From: a virus
Taxonomy: Duplodnaviria; Caudoviricetes
Length of the DNA: 52,932 nucleotides
IMG/VR virus record: IMGVR_UViG_3300046170_000229
Coordinates: 1 to 52,932 of that record
Direction: 5' to 3' (one strand)
Shown here: positions 26,873-36,096 of the stretch, piece after piece
Position numbering within the stretch: position 1 is the stretch's first letter
Layout of the letters: each line of letters opens with the position of its first letter
Made by a program: the position numbers and the translations under genes
Notes under the pieces: generated by a model
What the model was told of the DNA's origin: nothing
The model's input: the letters and a program-made list of their open reading frames with translations, nothing else
Database searches by the model: none

Positions 26873-27012
26873 TGCCACGAAAACAAACAGTAGTTAACAA
26901 TATAAATTTTATTCCTAAAAGAACTAGTATAGGAAACGGTAAAGTTAAGATGTCATCAATGAATAAACATAAACGTAGAAGCTATAAAAAATATAGAGGG
27001 CAAGGTAAATGA
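26872..27012 (+). CDS. Small basic protein ending KKYRGQGK (46 aa, not in ORF track)
   Basis: TAATG coupling; C-terminal motif common in marine phages. Confidence 0.8.
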   Translation: MPRKQTVVNNINFIPKRTSIGNGKVKMSSMNKHKRRSYKKYRGQGK

Positions 27013-27143
27013 AACCAAAAGCAAGAGCAAAAATAAAAAAAGTAGCTGCAGGATTAGGTAAAGCAGCACAGTCTCATACAGCACAAAGAAAACTTTTAAA
27101 GGAAGTACTTAAAAATGGCAGACCCAAAAAAAGGAACGGGTAA
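27009..27143 (+). CDS. Small basic protein (44 aa, not in ORF track)
   Basis: ATGA overlap; MKPKARAKIKKVAAGLGKAAQSH... Confidence 0.7.
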   Translation: MKPKARAKIKKVAAGLGKAAQSHTAQRKLLKEVLKNGRPKKRNG

Positions 27144-27399
27144 AAAACCTAAAGGTTCTGATAGAAGACTATATACAGATGAGAACCCTAAAGACACTGT
27201 CAGCATTAAGTTCGCTACAGTCCAAGACGCAAAAGCAACCATCGCTAAGGTTAAAAAAATTAATAAACCTTATGCTCGTAAAATTCAAATACTTACCGTG
27301 TTGGAACAAAGAGCAAAGGTAGCAGGTAAATTAGAACAAGCAAGATTAGCAAAAAAAGCAAAAGAAGAATTAAGGAGAAAACATCGTGGCACTAGCTAA
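27115..27399 (+). CDS. Small basic conserved protein
   Basis: GTGKKPKGSDRRLYTDENPKDTV...QILTVLEQRA. Confidence 0.8.
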   Translation: MADPKKGTGKKPKGSDRRLYTDENPKDTVSIKFATVQDAKATIAKVKKINKPYARKIQILTVLEQRAKVAGKLEQARLAKKAKEELRRKHRGTS

Positions 27400-27634
27400 A
27401 TCACAAAAAAGTTTAAAGTCTTGGACCAAACAAAAATGGAGAACCAAATCAGGTAAACCATCAAACAAGACAGGTGAAAGATATTTACCCAGTGCTGCAA
27501 TAAAAAGTTTATCCCCTGCTGAATATGCAGCAACAACAAGAGCAAAGCGGCAAGGAACAAAAGCAGGTAAACAGTTTGTGAAACAACCAAAGAACATCGC
27601 AAAGAAAACAAGAGCCTATAGGAGGGTGACATGA
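27386..27634 (+). CDS. Small basic protein, DUF5872 C-terminal-like
   Basis: AGGAG SD; QKSLKSWTKQKWRTK...ERYLP...GKQFVKQP. Confidence 0.8.
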   Translation: MALAKSQKSLKSWTKQKWRTKSGKPSNKTGERYLPSAAIKSLSPAEYAATTRAKRQGTKAGKQFVKQPKNIAKKTRAYRRVT

Positions 27635-27750
27635 TAAAAATAAAAGACATGATTATGGAAAAATGGAATGGCTTAAACAAAAAAGGTAAAATGTTTGTAG
27701 CCTTCGTAGGACTAGTAATACTACTAGCAATTATTAAAGGGGCAATGTAA
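27631..27750 (+). CDS. Small single-TM protein (39 aa, not in ORF track)
   Basis: GGAGG SD; KWNGLNKKGKMFVAFVGLVILLAII. Confidence 0.7.
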   Translation: MIKIKDMIMEKWNGLNKKGKMFVAFVGLVILLAIIKGAM

Positions 27751-28046
27751 TGATACCAACAGTTGTAAGATATATAGCATCGTTTGGCGTTAGCAAAGCT
27801 GTTAAAAAATTTGGTAAAGTTTTAGTAGATAAAGCTAAAACATTTATGAGAGCAAACCCTAATACTGTTGCAAAAATGAAATCTAAGGTTGACCAAACAC
27901 CAGTAGAAAAATTACCATTATTTAAAAAATTAAGTAATAGATATGTTAGTGAAGGAGTTAACTTTAAAGGTTTAAATCCAAAAAACCCAAGATATAATTA
28001 TAAAGGTTTAACAAAAGGTAATGATATATCTAAAGGCATGAACTAA
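27750..28046 (+). CDS. Basic hypothetical protein
   Basis: TAATG coupled at both ends. Confidence 0.7.
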   Translation: MIPTVVRYIASFGVSKAVKKFGKVLVDKAKTFMRANPNTVAKMKSKVDQTPVEKLPLFKKLSNRYVSEGVNFKGLNPKNPRYNYKGLTKGNDISKGMN

Positions 28047-28222
28047 TGTCATTTAAATTTGATTCAAAAAAAGCAGACTTAGATAAAAGTGGTGATTTAT
28101 CATCTTATGAAAAAAATAGAGGTATGAAAACACAGAAAGCTATTTTTCTATCTAAAAAAGGTAACGACATATCTAAAAATATGTTTGCTAAAAATAATGG
28201 CAATAGCAAAAAGAATACGTAA
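28046..28222 (+). CDS. Small protein with EF-hand-like loop (58 aa, not in ORF track)
   Basis: ADLDKSGDLSSYE; TAATG coupling. Confidence 0.65.
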   Translation: MSFKFDSKKADLDKSGDLSSYEKNRGMKTQKAIFLSKKGNDISKNMFAKNNGNSKKNT

Positions 28223-28475
28223 TAAATCAACTGGTAGAAATTATAAGAAGGAATATGCTTCTTATCAAGGTAAGCCAAATGTTATTGCTAAAAGAGTTTC
28301 TCGAGATACTGCCCGTAGAACAATGCAAAAACGTGGACTAGTAAAAAAAGGAAGTGGTATGGATGTTGACCACAAGGATGGTAATCCTATGAACAACAGT
28401 AAAACAAACTTACGAGCAGTTAGTAAATTTAAAAATCGTTCCTTTGCTAGGAACAAAAATGGAGGAAAAAAATAA
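28197..28475 (+). CDS. HNH endonuclease-like protein
   Basis: RNYKKEY...DVDHKDGNPMNN..TNLR.....NRS. Confidence 0.8.
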   Translation: MAIAKRIRNKSTGRNYKKEYASYQGKPNVIAKRVSRDTARRTMQKRGLVKKGSGMDVDHKDGNPMNNSKTNLRAVSKFKNRSFARNKNGGKK

Positions 28476-29221
28476 TGCCAATAATAGCAGCAGCAGCTAT
28501 ACCTGTAGTAGCCGGTTTTATTGCTCGAATGGGAGTAACAAAAGCAGCTAAAAAGTATGCACCTAAATTAATTAAAGAAGCCACAGCTTATATCAAAAAG
28601 AATAAATTAATTTTTGATGGTAAAAAACTTATTAAACCGCCTAAAGGTTCTATTACAACAGTTACTAAAAAAACTACAAAGAAAATGAATGTAGTTAAAA
28701 AGAGTAAAAATCCAAGAAGCCCTAAAAAAGATAAAAAAGATTCTTTTGATGAACAGTTAAAGAAACAAGAAGGGGCAAAGAATTTTAATAAAAAAAATAA
28801 AGATGTTACTAATCCAAGAAGCCCAAAAAATAAAAAGAAAAACACTACTAAAAATAATACTACAAAGAAAACAGATGATAGTAAATTAGTAGAGAATGTT
28901 AATAAAACTCCTAAGATTGCACCTAAAATTAAAAAGGTAGCAAAAGTAGGAGCAGGTATAGTTCTTGGAGGACTGGCAATAGACCAAGCATCTAAAGTTT
29001 TAAGCAATATGTCTAAATCTAAAGGAAGTCAACCTTCTACTTTTGGTGCTGCATTTAAAAAAGCAAGAAAAGAAAAAGGACCTAACTCTACTTTTACTTT
29101 TAAAGGTAAACAGTATAGTACTGTAACTATGGACCAAGTTAAAAAAGCAGGATTTAATACTCTTAATGAGTATTTAAATGCTCAAAAAAAGAAATCTAAA
29201 ACAACTAAACCCGGAACATAA
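28475..29221 (+). CDS. Lys-rich protein with NPRSPK repeats
   Basis: GGAGG SD; two NPRSPK; FGAAFKKAR...FTFKGKQYST. Confidence 0.75.
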   Translation: MPIIAAAAIPVVAGFIARMGVTKAAKKYAPKLIKEATAYIKKNKLIFDGKKLIKPPKGSITTVTKKTTKKMNVVKKSKNPRSPKKDKKDSFDEQLKKQEGAKNFNKKNKDVTNPRSPKNKKKNTTKNNTTKKTDDSKLVENVNKTPKIAPKIKKVAKVGAGIVLGGLAIDQASKVLSNMSKSKGSQPSTFGAAFKKARKEKGPNSTFTFKGKQYSTVTMDQVKKAGFNTLNEYLNAQKKKSKTTKPGT

Positions 29222-29226
29222 TAAAA

Positions 29227-29559
29227 ATGGCTATGTCAGACGCAGAAAAAAAGAAAAACTTCCTAAAAAAACACGGATTACAAAAATTTAATTCTTGTGT
29301 ATTGCGTTCTGAAGGAGGTAAAAAAGGAAAAGTAGGTATTCTAGTTAATGGAAAACCAAAGTTAATACGTTTTGGTGATGCTTCTATGGGTCATAACTAT
29401 TCTCCTGAAGCTAGGAAGTCTTTTAAAGCACGTCATGCAGCAAATATTGCTAAAGGTCCTACTAGTGCAGCCTATTGGGCTAACAAATGTTTATGGGCAG
29501 GTAAGGGTGGAAGTAAAAAATCACCTCCAAAGTCACAAAAACATAAAAAAGGAGTATAA
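29227..29559 (+). CDS. Basic conserved viral protein (DUF6321/DUF5754-like)
   Basis: KLIRFGD...RKSFKARH......SAAYWA...W. Confidence 0.7.
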   Translation: MAMSDAEKKKNFLKKHGLQKFNSCVLRSEGGKKGKVGILVNGKPKLIRFGDASMGHNYSPEARKSFKARHAANIAKGPTSAAYWANKCLWAGKGGSKKSPPKSQKHKKGV

Positions 29560-29564
29560 TTTTA

Positions 29565-29593
29565 ATGACAAGTAGTTTATATGTATGTATAAT
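29565..29593 (+). promoter_or_regulatory. Candidate promoter ATGACA-N17-TATAAT for the packaging genes
   Basis: Intergenic; perfect -10, 5/6 -35. Confidence 0.5.
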
Positions 29594-29615
29594 AGAAAAT
29601 AGGTGTTAATAAATC

Positions 29616-30020
29616 ATGTTTAACATTGATAAACCTAAAAAAACAGAACTCTCAAACCAACAAAAGACTTTTTTATCTGCTTTATTTGGTGAAGCAGGAG
29701 GAAATGCTAAAATGGCTGCAGAAATAGCGGGATATTCTGAATTATACTACCCTGAATTAGTTAGAAACTTGAAAGAAGAAATTATTAACAGAGCAGAAGA
29801 AGTATTAGCTGCTCATTCTCCTAAAGCAGCACTAGGAATGATTAACGCCTTAGATGAAGATGGTTCGACACCGGGTGTTAATATTAGAATGGAAGCTGCT
29901 AAACAGATTTTAGACAGAGTAGGTGTCTCTAAGAAAGAACGAATTGATATGAATGTCAAACAAGCGACAGGAATTTTTATTTTACCACCTAAACATGGAA
30001 CAACAGGAACAACAGAATAA
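29616..30020 (+). CDS. Putative terminase small subunit
   Basis: LSNQQKTFL...GGNAKMAAEIAGYS HTH; AAKQILDRVG; upstream of the large subunit. Confidence 0.7.
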   Translation: MFNIDKPKKTELSNQQKTFLSALFGEAGGNAKMAAEIAGYSELYYPELVRNLKEEIINRAEEVLAAHSPKAALGMINALDEDGSTPGVNIRMEAAKQILDRVGVSKKERIDMNVKQATGIFILPPKHGTTGTTE

Positions 30021-30249
30021 TTACCAAAAGCGTAAAAGACGAGCAAGAGTTATTCCTTTTGGATATAAAGTCGATGAAACCAATCCCGACTATCTTGTTC
30101 CCATAGAATCAGAATTAGATGCATTACAAGAAGCAGAAAAGTATTTACAAAATTGCTCATATAAGGAAGTTGCAGAATGGTTGATGAGAAAGACAGACAG
30201 GAAAGTAACGGGCATGGGATTACGCAAGATTCTAATGAGAGGTTGGTAG
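29995..30249 (+). CDS. Small putative DNA-binding protein
   Basis: IPFGY...SYKEVAEWL......VTGMGLRK; start uncertain (29953 or 29995). Confidence 0.65.
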   Translation: MEQQEQQNNYQKRKRRARVIPFGYKVDETNPDYLVPIESELDALQEAEKYLQNCSYKEVAEWLMRKTDRKVTGMGLRKILMRGW

Positions 30250-31892
30250 AACCACCTAAACCAAAAGCTAAAGGTAGAAAAAGAAAAGTTGCTACTCCAA
30301 AGATTTCAGAATCTGTTGCCAAAGCAAAAAAGTCAGCTACAGAATCTCTAACTAACTCTTACAAGAAATTAGAAAAAGCTAGAGAAAAGTATAAAGCTGA
30401 ACAAGAGAAGTATAAAACTAAAAAAGGAAAGTTAAAAGATTTAGACAATGCTCTAGAAGGTAAAGTTTCTACAGTTCTAGAGACTACTCAAATAGATGAA
30501 ACAACACCAAGTATTCAAAAAGTAATTGGTGAACGAGAGGTTATCTTTGAACCTAATGAAGGACCTCAAACAGAATTTTTAGCAGCACCCGAACGAGAAG
30601 TATTTTATGGTGGTGCAAGAGGTGGTGGTAAATCTTATGCGTTATTAATTGACCCATTAAGATTTTGTCATAAAGCTGCTCATCGTGGTTTATTTATTAG
30701 ACGTACGATGCCTGAACTAAGAGATATTATAAATCATTCTCTTAATCTTTATCCTAAAGCTTATCCCGGTGCAAAGTGGAGAGAGCAAGAAAAAGAATGG
30801 AGATTTCCTTCAGGTGCTAGAATAGAGTTTGGATACGCTGAGAACTTAACTGATGTACTTCGTTACCAAGGTCAATCGTACACTTGGATTGGAATAGATG
30901 AATTACCTCAGTATCCAACCGAAGATATTTATAATTTTCTTCGGTCATCTTTAAGAAGTGTTGACCCTAATATACCTGTTTATATTAGAGCAACAGGCAA
31001 CCCCGGAAACGTAGGTTCACATTGGGTAAAGAAAATGTTTGTTGAACCCGGAGAACCTAATAAATCTTTTGATGTACAGATTCCTACAATGGCAGGAACA
31101 AAGTCTATTACGAGAAGATTTATACCCGCTAAGTTACAAGATAATCCTTACTTAATGCAAACAGATGATTATCTTATTATGTTGTCATCCTTACCTGATG
31201 TTCAACGTAAACAATTCTTAGAAGGTGATTGGGATGCTTACGAAGATTCTAGTTTCCCTGAGTTTTCTAAAGAAGTTCATGTATTAGATAATTTTGAAAT
31301 ACCTAATAACTGGATGAGATTTAGAGCAGCCGACTGGGGGTATAGTTCACCTGCTTGTTGTTTATGGTTTGCTATTGACCATGATAATGTCATGTATGTT
31401 TATAGAGAATTATATACACAAAAAGTTACAGCAGATGAGTTTGCAAAACAAGTTATGGATTTAGAGTATGGAGAGTATATTAGATACGGTGTATTAGACT
31501 CTTCTACTTGGGCTAATCGAGGAGACGTTGGTCCTAGTATAGCAGAAACAATGATTAAAGAAGGATGTCGTTGGAGACCCTCTGATAGAAGTCCTAGAAG
31601 TCGTGTTAATGGTAAATTAGAAATACACAAAAGATTAAAGATAAATGAAGATACAGGCGAACCTAATCTATATATTTTAAATAGCTGTAAAAATTTATTA
31701 AGAACTTTACCTATGTTACCCCTAGATAAAAATAATAGTGAAGATGTAGATACAAAAGCAGAAGACCATGCGTATGATGCTTTAAGATATGGTTGTATGA
31801 GTAGACCAACACATCCACATAGTTTACAAACTCATTCACCTTTATCTAGAGAACAAAAATTTAAACCTGTAGATGAAGGATTTGGATACTAA
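30177..31892 (+). CDS. terL: Terminase large subunit
   Basis: YGGARGGGKS; IGIDE; ATGNPG; ADWGY; DHAYDALRY; true start may be TTG 30243. Confidence 0.95.
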   Translation: MVDEKDRQESNGHGITQDSNERLVEPPKPKAKGRKRKVATPKISESVAKAKKSATESLTNSYKKLEKAREKYKAEQEKYKTKKGKLKDLDNALEGKVSTVLETTQIDETTPSIQKVIGEREVIFEPNEGPQTEFLAAPEREVFYGGARGGGKSYALLIDPLRFCHKAAHRGLFIRRTMPELRDIINHSLNLYPKAYPGAKWREQEKEWRFPSGARIEFGYAENLTDVLRYQGQSYTWIGIDELPQYPTEDIYNFLRSSLRSVDPNIPVYIRATGNPGNVGSHWVKKMFVEPGEPNKSFDVQIPTMAGTKSITRRFIPAKLQDNPYLMQTDDYLIMLSSLPDVQRKQFLEGDWDAYEDSSFPEFSKEVHVLDNFEIPNNWMRFRAADWGYSSPACCLWFAIDHDNVMYVYRELYTQKVTADEFAKQVMDLEYGEYIRYGVLDSSTWANRGDVGPSIAETMIKEGCRWRPSDRSPRSRVNGKLEIHKRLKINEDTGEPNLYILNSCKNLLRTLPMLPLDKNNSEDVDTKAEDHAYDALRYGCMSRPTHPHSLQTHSPLSREQKFKPVDEGFGY

Positions 31893-32232
31893 AAAAAATA
31901 TTAAAATAGGATATAGAACATACTCTATTGAGAAAAACGATAAAGTATGGAATAAACAAACAGAATCCTATGGACAGTTTCTTTCTAAAGAAGGCATTAT
32001 TTGTATGTCTTCCGAAGAAGATAGCATATCACAAGCTAATACATTGTTACATGAGATACTCCACGGTATTGTGTATCAATGGGGTCTAGAATCCGAACTT
32101 GATGATAAAGAAGAACGAGTAGTTAATACAATATCAAATGGATTAACAACAGTTTTTCGAGATAACCCGTGGTTAATAAGCTTTATAAAAAATAAAGTAG
32201 AGGAGGAAAAACGGAATGATGAAAAAAAGTGA
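31873..32232 (+). CDS. HExxH zincin-like small protein
   Basis: NTLLHEILHG...EERVVN. Confidence 0.7.
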   Translation: MKDLDTKKNIKIGYRTYSIEKNDKVWNKQTESYGQFLSKEGIICMSSEEDSISQANTLLHEILHGIVYQWGLESELDDKEERVVNTISNGLTTVFRDNPWLISFIKNKVEEEKRNDEKK

Positions 32233-32452
32233 AATGAGCAAAGAAATTAAAACTGAATTAGGTACAACTTACAAGCAAGGTGAGTTAGGGTCTGCTGCTG
32301 ATGGTGCTGTAAAGAACAGTCTATTAACACAGGGCGGTACATTTCCTGCTGACGCTTATGCAGAAGGTAATATTGCATATCCTAAAGAAGCAAAATCTAC
32401 AGTAGATGGCTCAATACTTAAAAAATATTCTCAAGGTGACCTTGGCGAATAA
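32216..32452 (+). CDS. Small hypothetical protein
   Basis: GAGGAGG SD; YKQGELG/YSQGDLG internal repeat. Confidence 0.7.
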   Translation: MMKKSEMSKEIKTELGTTYKQGELGSAADGAVKNSLLTQGGTFPADAYAEGNIAYPKEAKSTVDGSILKKYSQGDLGE

Positions 32453-32458
32453 TATTTA

Positions 32459-34579
32459 ATGGACATAACGAACGATATAGATACAGGTACGGATGCTGTT
32501 CAGTCTCTTGCAGATGGAGAGACTGAAGAAATATATGGTTTAGGTGCGTTAATAGAAGATAAATTTAAAGTATCTGAAGATGCAAGATTATTTGATGAAA
32601 AAAGATGGTTAAGAGCATATAGGAACTATAGAGGAATCTATGGTCCTGATTTAGCATTTCGTGAAAACGAAAAATCTAAAGTATTTGTTAAAATAACAAA
32701 ATCTAAAGTCTTAGCTGCATATGGTCAAATAACTGAAGTTTTATTTTCTCAAGGAAAATTTCCTATTGGTATAGAGCCTACTACTGTACCAGAAGGTGCT
32801 TCTGAATATGCACATTTAAAACCTGAAGGAAAACAACAACAACCTGAAAGCCCTTATGGTTTCCCGGGAGATGGTAAAGAAATAAAACCCGGAACTACTA
32901 TTAATGAAATTTTAGGTGGCTTAAAAGATGAATATGGTTCATTACCTTTTGAAGATGGTCCTGCTCCTGATTTAAAATCTATGCCGCAAATACAACCGGC
33001 AAAATTAGCATCAGAGAGTATGGAAAAAGTAATTCATGACCAATTAGATGAATCTTTAGCTTCAACTGTGTTAAGGCACATTATCTTTGAAATGACGTTA
33101 CTAGGTACAGGTATTCTAAAAGGACCTTTTAACTATGAAAAGAAATTGCATAGTTGGGATAGAGACGAAGACACAGAAGAACTATTTTATAATCCAAAAA
33201 CAAAACTAACTCCTAAAATAGAAGCAGTTAGTTGTTGGGATTTTTACCAAGACCCTAATGCTACATCTATTGAAGATTGTAATTATGTTATTCAAAGACA
33301 TAAACTTACATCTTCAGATATGCGTGATTTATTAAATAGACCTTTCTTTAGAGAAACTGCTATTAGAAATTGTATACAAGCAGGACCTAACTATCAACAA
33401 CGTAGTTATGAAACATCTTTATATGATAGAGAAAATCAAGCAGATTACGACCAAGATAGATACGAAGTATTTGAGTATTGGGGTAAAATGGATGCTAGTC
33501 TTGCTGAAGAAGCAGGTTTAGAAATTGATTCTGATGAAGTAGATGTTTTAAATGAAGTAGATATTAATGCATGGGTATGTAATGGTCATATCTTAAGATT
33601 AGTATTAAATCCCTTTACACCATCAAGATTACCTTACATGGTGTGTCCTTATGAAATTAATCCTTATCAATTCTTTGGTGTGGGTATACCTGAAAATATG
33701 GATGATTCTCAACAAATTATGAATGGTCATGCAAGAATGGCTATTGATAACTTAGCACTAGCAGGTAATTTAGTTTTTGATGTTGATGAAACAATGTTAG
33801 TACCCGGACAAGATATGTCTGTTTATCCCGGAAAAATTTTTAGAAGACAAAGCGGTCAAACAGGTCAAGCAATACATGGTTTAAAATTCCCTAATACTGC
33901 AAATGAAAATCTAATGATGTTTGATAAGTTTAGACAACTAGCTGATGAATCAACAGGTATTCCTTCGTACTCTCACGGTCAAACAGGAATACAATCAACA
34001 ACTAGAACTGCAGCAGGTATGTCAATGTTATTAGGGGCTGCAGCTTTGAATATTAAAACAGTTATAAAAAATATAGATGATTATTTATTAAGACCTTTAG
34101 GAGAATCTTTATTTTCTTGGAATATGCAATTTAATAAAGACTCTAAAAAAATTAGAGGTGATTTAGTTATTAAAGCAAGAGGAACATCATCCTTAATGCA
34201 AAAAGAAGTAAGGTCACAAAGATTAATGACATTTATGCAAGTGGCATCAAATCCTGCACTAGCACCTTTTGTTAAGTTTCATACAATTCTTAAAGAAGTT
34301 GCTAAGTCAATGGATATTGACCCTGAGCAAGTTATTAATGACCCAGAGAAAGCTGCATTGTATATGAAAATGATGGGAGGACAAAATGAAAATCAACCGA
34401 CTGGGAATACTGGTGGAATCCCCGGCATGGGAAGTGTTGGAGGAGTACCTACAGGAGCAAATCCAAATGACCCAACGGGCGTTGGAGGTGGCAACATTGG
34501 AGTTGGAAGTGTTCCGACTGCAGGGGAAGCTCAATTCTCTTCGCCAAATTCTAGCCCTCAAGGAACAGGTGAACAGTAA
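32459..34579 (+). CDS. Portal protein
   Basis: 706 aa after terL; WLRAYRNYRG, KVLAAYGQ, PYEINPYQFFGVG, RTAAGMSML. Confidence 0.9.
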   Translation: MDITNDIDTGTDAVQSLADGETEEIYGLGALIEDKFKVSEDARLFDEKRWLRAYRNYRGIYGPDLAFRENEKSKVFVKITKSKVLAAYGQITEVLFSQGKFPIGIEPTTVPEGASEYAHLKPEGKQQQPESPYGFPGDGKEIKPGTTINEILGGLKDEYGSLPFEDGPAPDLKSMPQIQPAKLASESMEKVIHDQLDESLASTVLRHIIFEMTLLGTGILKGPFNYEKKLHSWDRDEDTEELFYNPKTKLTPKIEAVSCWDFYQDPNATSIEDCNYVIQRHKLTSSDMRDLLNRPFFRETAIRNCIQAGPNYQQRSYETSLYDRENQADYDQDRYEVFEYWGKMDASLAEEAGLEIDSDEVDVLNEVDINAWVCNGHILRLVLNPFTPSRLPYMVCPYEINPYQFFGVGIPENMDDSQQIMNGHARMAIDNLALAGNLVFDVDETMLVPGQDMSVYPGKIFRRQSGQTGQAIHGLKFPNTANENLMMFDKFRQLADESTGIPSYSHGQTGIQSTTRTAAGMSMLLGAAALNIKTVIKNIDDYLLRPLGESLFSWNMQFNKDSKKIRGDLVIKARGTSSLMQKEVRSQRLMTFMQVASNPALAPFVKFHTILKEVAKSMDIDPEQVINDPEKAALYMKMMGGQNENQPTGNTGGIPGMGSVGGVPTGANPNDPTGVGGGNIGVGSVPTAGEAQFSSPNSSPQGTGEQ

Positions 34580-34583
34580 ATAA
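34386..34583 (+). CDS. Small helical protein overprinted on the portal 3' end
   Basis: GGGAGG SD; W..LEEYL...LE......FRLQGKLNSLRQILALKEQV; stop 1 nt before the next ATG. Confidence 0.7.
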   Translation: MKINRLGILVESPAWEVLEEYLQEQIQMTQRALEVATLELEVFRLQGKLNSLRQILALKEQVNSK

Positions 34584-34584
34584 C

Positions 34585-35949
34585 ATGGCAGACACAAAGA
34601 CATCAGAAGTATTATCTACAGAAGCAGGTGAACAAAAAGATTTAGGCTTATATTCTCAAGGTAAATTAAAATTAAATTATGACGAAGAAGCAGGAATATG
34701 GAAACAAGAATATGAAGCTGTTAAACCTTCTAAAATGTTTATTCCTCCTCCTCCTAAAGAAGTTAAATTACCTACTGATATATCAGTGCCTACATTACCT
34801 TTTGAACCATCTTTACCTGCTCAACCTGCTGAACCTATTGTTCAACCTAGGGAAAAAGGTGAAAGTCTTATTGAGAAACAACAACGTGAAAAAGAAGAAC
34901 GTTTTGGTCCGGGTCAAGACCCTATGACATTCTCTAAAACAATGTCTAATATACTTACTCCGGGTACAGAACAATTTAAGTACTATGATACAAGAAATAT
35001 ATTAAAACAAGAGGGAAACCAATTAACTGTTAATTTTGATATGATAGATGAAGCAGGAGGTTATGGAATACCTTCTATTGCAGGTGGTTTATTTAAAGCA
35101 GGAGAAAAAGATATTATACAAACTACAATTACTAATTTAACAAATGCAGGAATAATAGAAGGTGCAGAAATTGATAAAGCAGAAGGAATGTACACCTTTA
35201 CTGTTAACCAAGATAAAATGAATAAATACACAGAAAATGTTTCTTCCTTAGCTAATAAGATAACTGGAGGAAGAGGTCCTAATGGTGAGTATATACCTCC
35301 TAATGAATATTTATTAGATGAATTAGGTAAACTAGGTAAAGAAGAAGCTACTAAATTTATATCTGAAATGGCTATAGCTTCAGATAATGACCAGTTAAAA
35401 ACTATTATTGATAGGGCTGTTAATTTTGGTGACAAAGGTGCAGCAGCAGCGTTATTAACTTTTCAACAAGGTGATGAACCTCTAGATTTAGATGCTAAAG
35501 GATTTTTAGGATTTGATAAATACAATGATGCATTTAAAGAAGCATACACAAAAACATTAAACGAATTAAAAGATTCACAAGGTGAAGCACCCTCTGCAAG
35601 TCAATCAGAAGGTAGACCTACACTTGAAGAACGTAGGGCAGAAACTAAAAGAATAGATAATTTAAATAGAGAAGAAAAAGATAAACTATTAGATGAATTA
35701 GACACTTTATTAAAACAAAAAGAAGATGAAAGAAATAAGTCTTCTCAAGGTTTAACCTCTGCTCAAAAAGAAGTTTTAGCAGGAAGTACTTCTAAATCAT
35801 CTGGTGGAGGAACATTAGGAACTCCCCCTTCAGGAGGTACACCTAAATCAGGAGGTACACCTAAAAAAGGTACTGGAGCATCAGGACCACCCGGATTTAC
35901 CCCTAAAAAATCAAAGACACCGACTGGTGTTAGAAGACCGGGAAGATAA
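34585..35949 (+). CDS. Hypothetical head-module protein
   Basis: 454 aa; Pro-rich N-region and G/S/K/P low-complexity tail. Confidence 0.75.
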   Translation: MADTKTSEVLSTEAGEQKDLGLYSQGKLKLNYDEEAGIWKQEYEAVKPSKMFIPPPPKEVKLPTDISVPTLPFEPSLPAQPAEPIVQPREKGESLIEKQQREKEERFGPGQDPMTFSKTMSNILTPGTEQFKYYDTRNILKQEGNQLTVNFDMIDEAGGYGIPSIAGGLFKAGEKDIIQTTITNLTNAGIIEGAEIDKAEGMYTFTVNQDKMNKYTENVSSLANKITGGRGPNGEYIPPNEYLLDELGKLGKEEATKFISEMAIASDNDQLKTIIDRAVNFGDKGAAAALLTFQQGDEPLDLDAKGFLGFDKYNDAFKEAYTKTLNELKDSQGEAPSASQSEGRPTLEERRAETKRIDNLNREEKDKLLDELDTLLKQKEDERNKSSQGLTSAQKEVLAGSTSKSSGGGTLGTPPSGGTPKSGGTPKKGTGASGPPGFTPKKSKTPTGVRRPGR

Positions 35950-35996
35950 CAAGTTTCTACAAACGTAGAAAAGCACTAGAATTTCTCTAGTGTTAA

Positions 35997-36075
35997 AAGG
36001 GCTACCTAGGATAACCTAGCCCCCTTATTTTTTACACAACAAAATAAGAGCTACCTGTTACCATTCGCAGCCCTC
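35997..36075 (+). promoter_or_regulatory. Twin hairpins with identical CUAC/CC internal loop in the scaffold leader
   Basis: AAGGG-CTAC-CTAGG-ATAA-CCTAG-CC-CCCTT and GAG-CTAC-CTG-N10-CAG-CC-CTC. Confidence 0.6.
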
Positions 36076-36096
36076 GTAACTTAAAAGGAGTTATTC

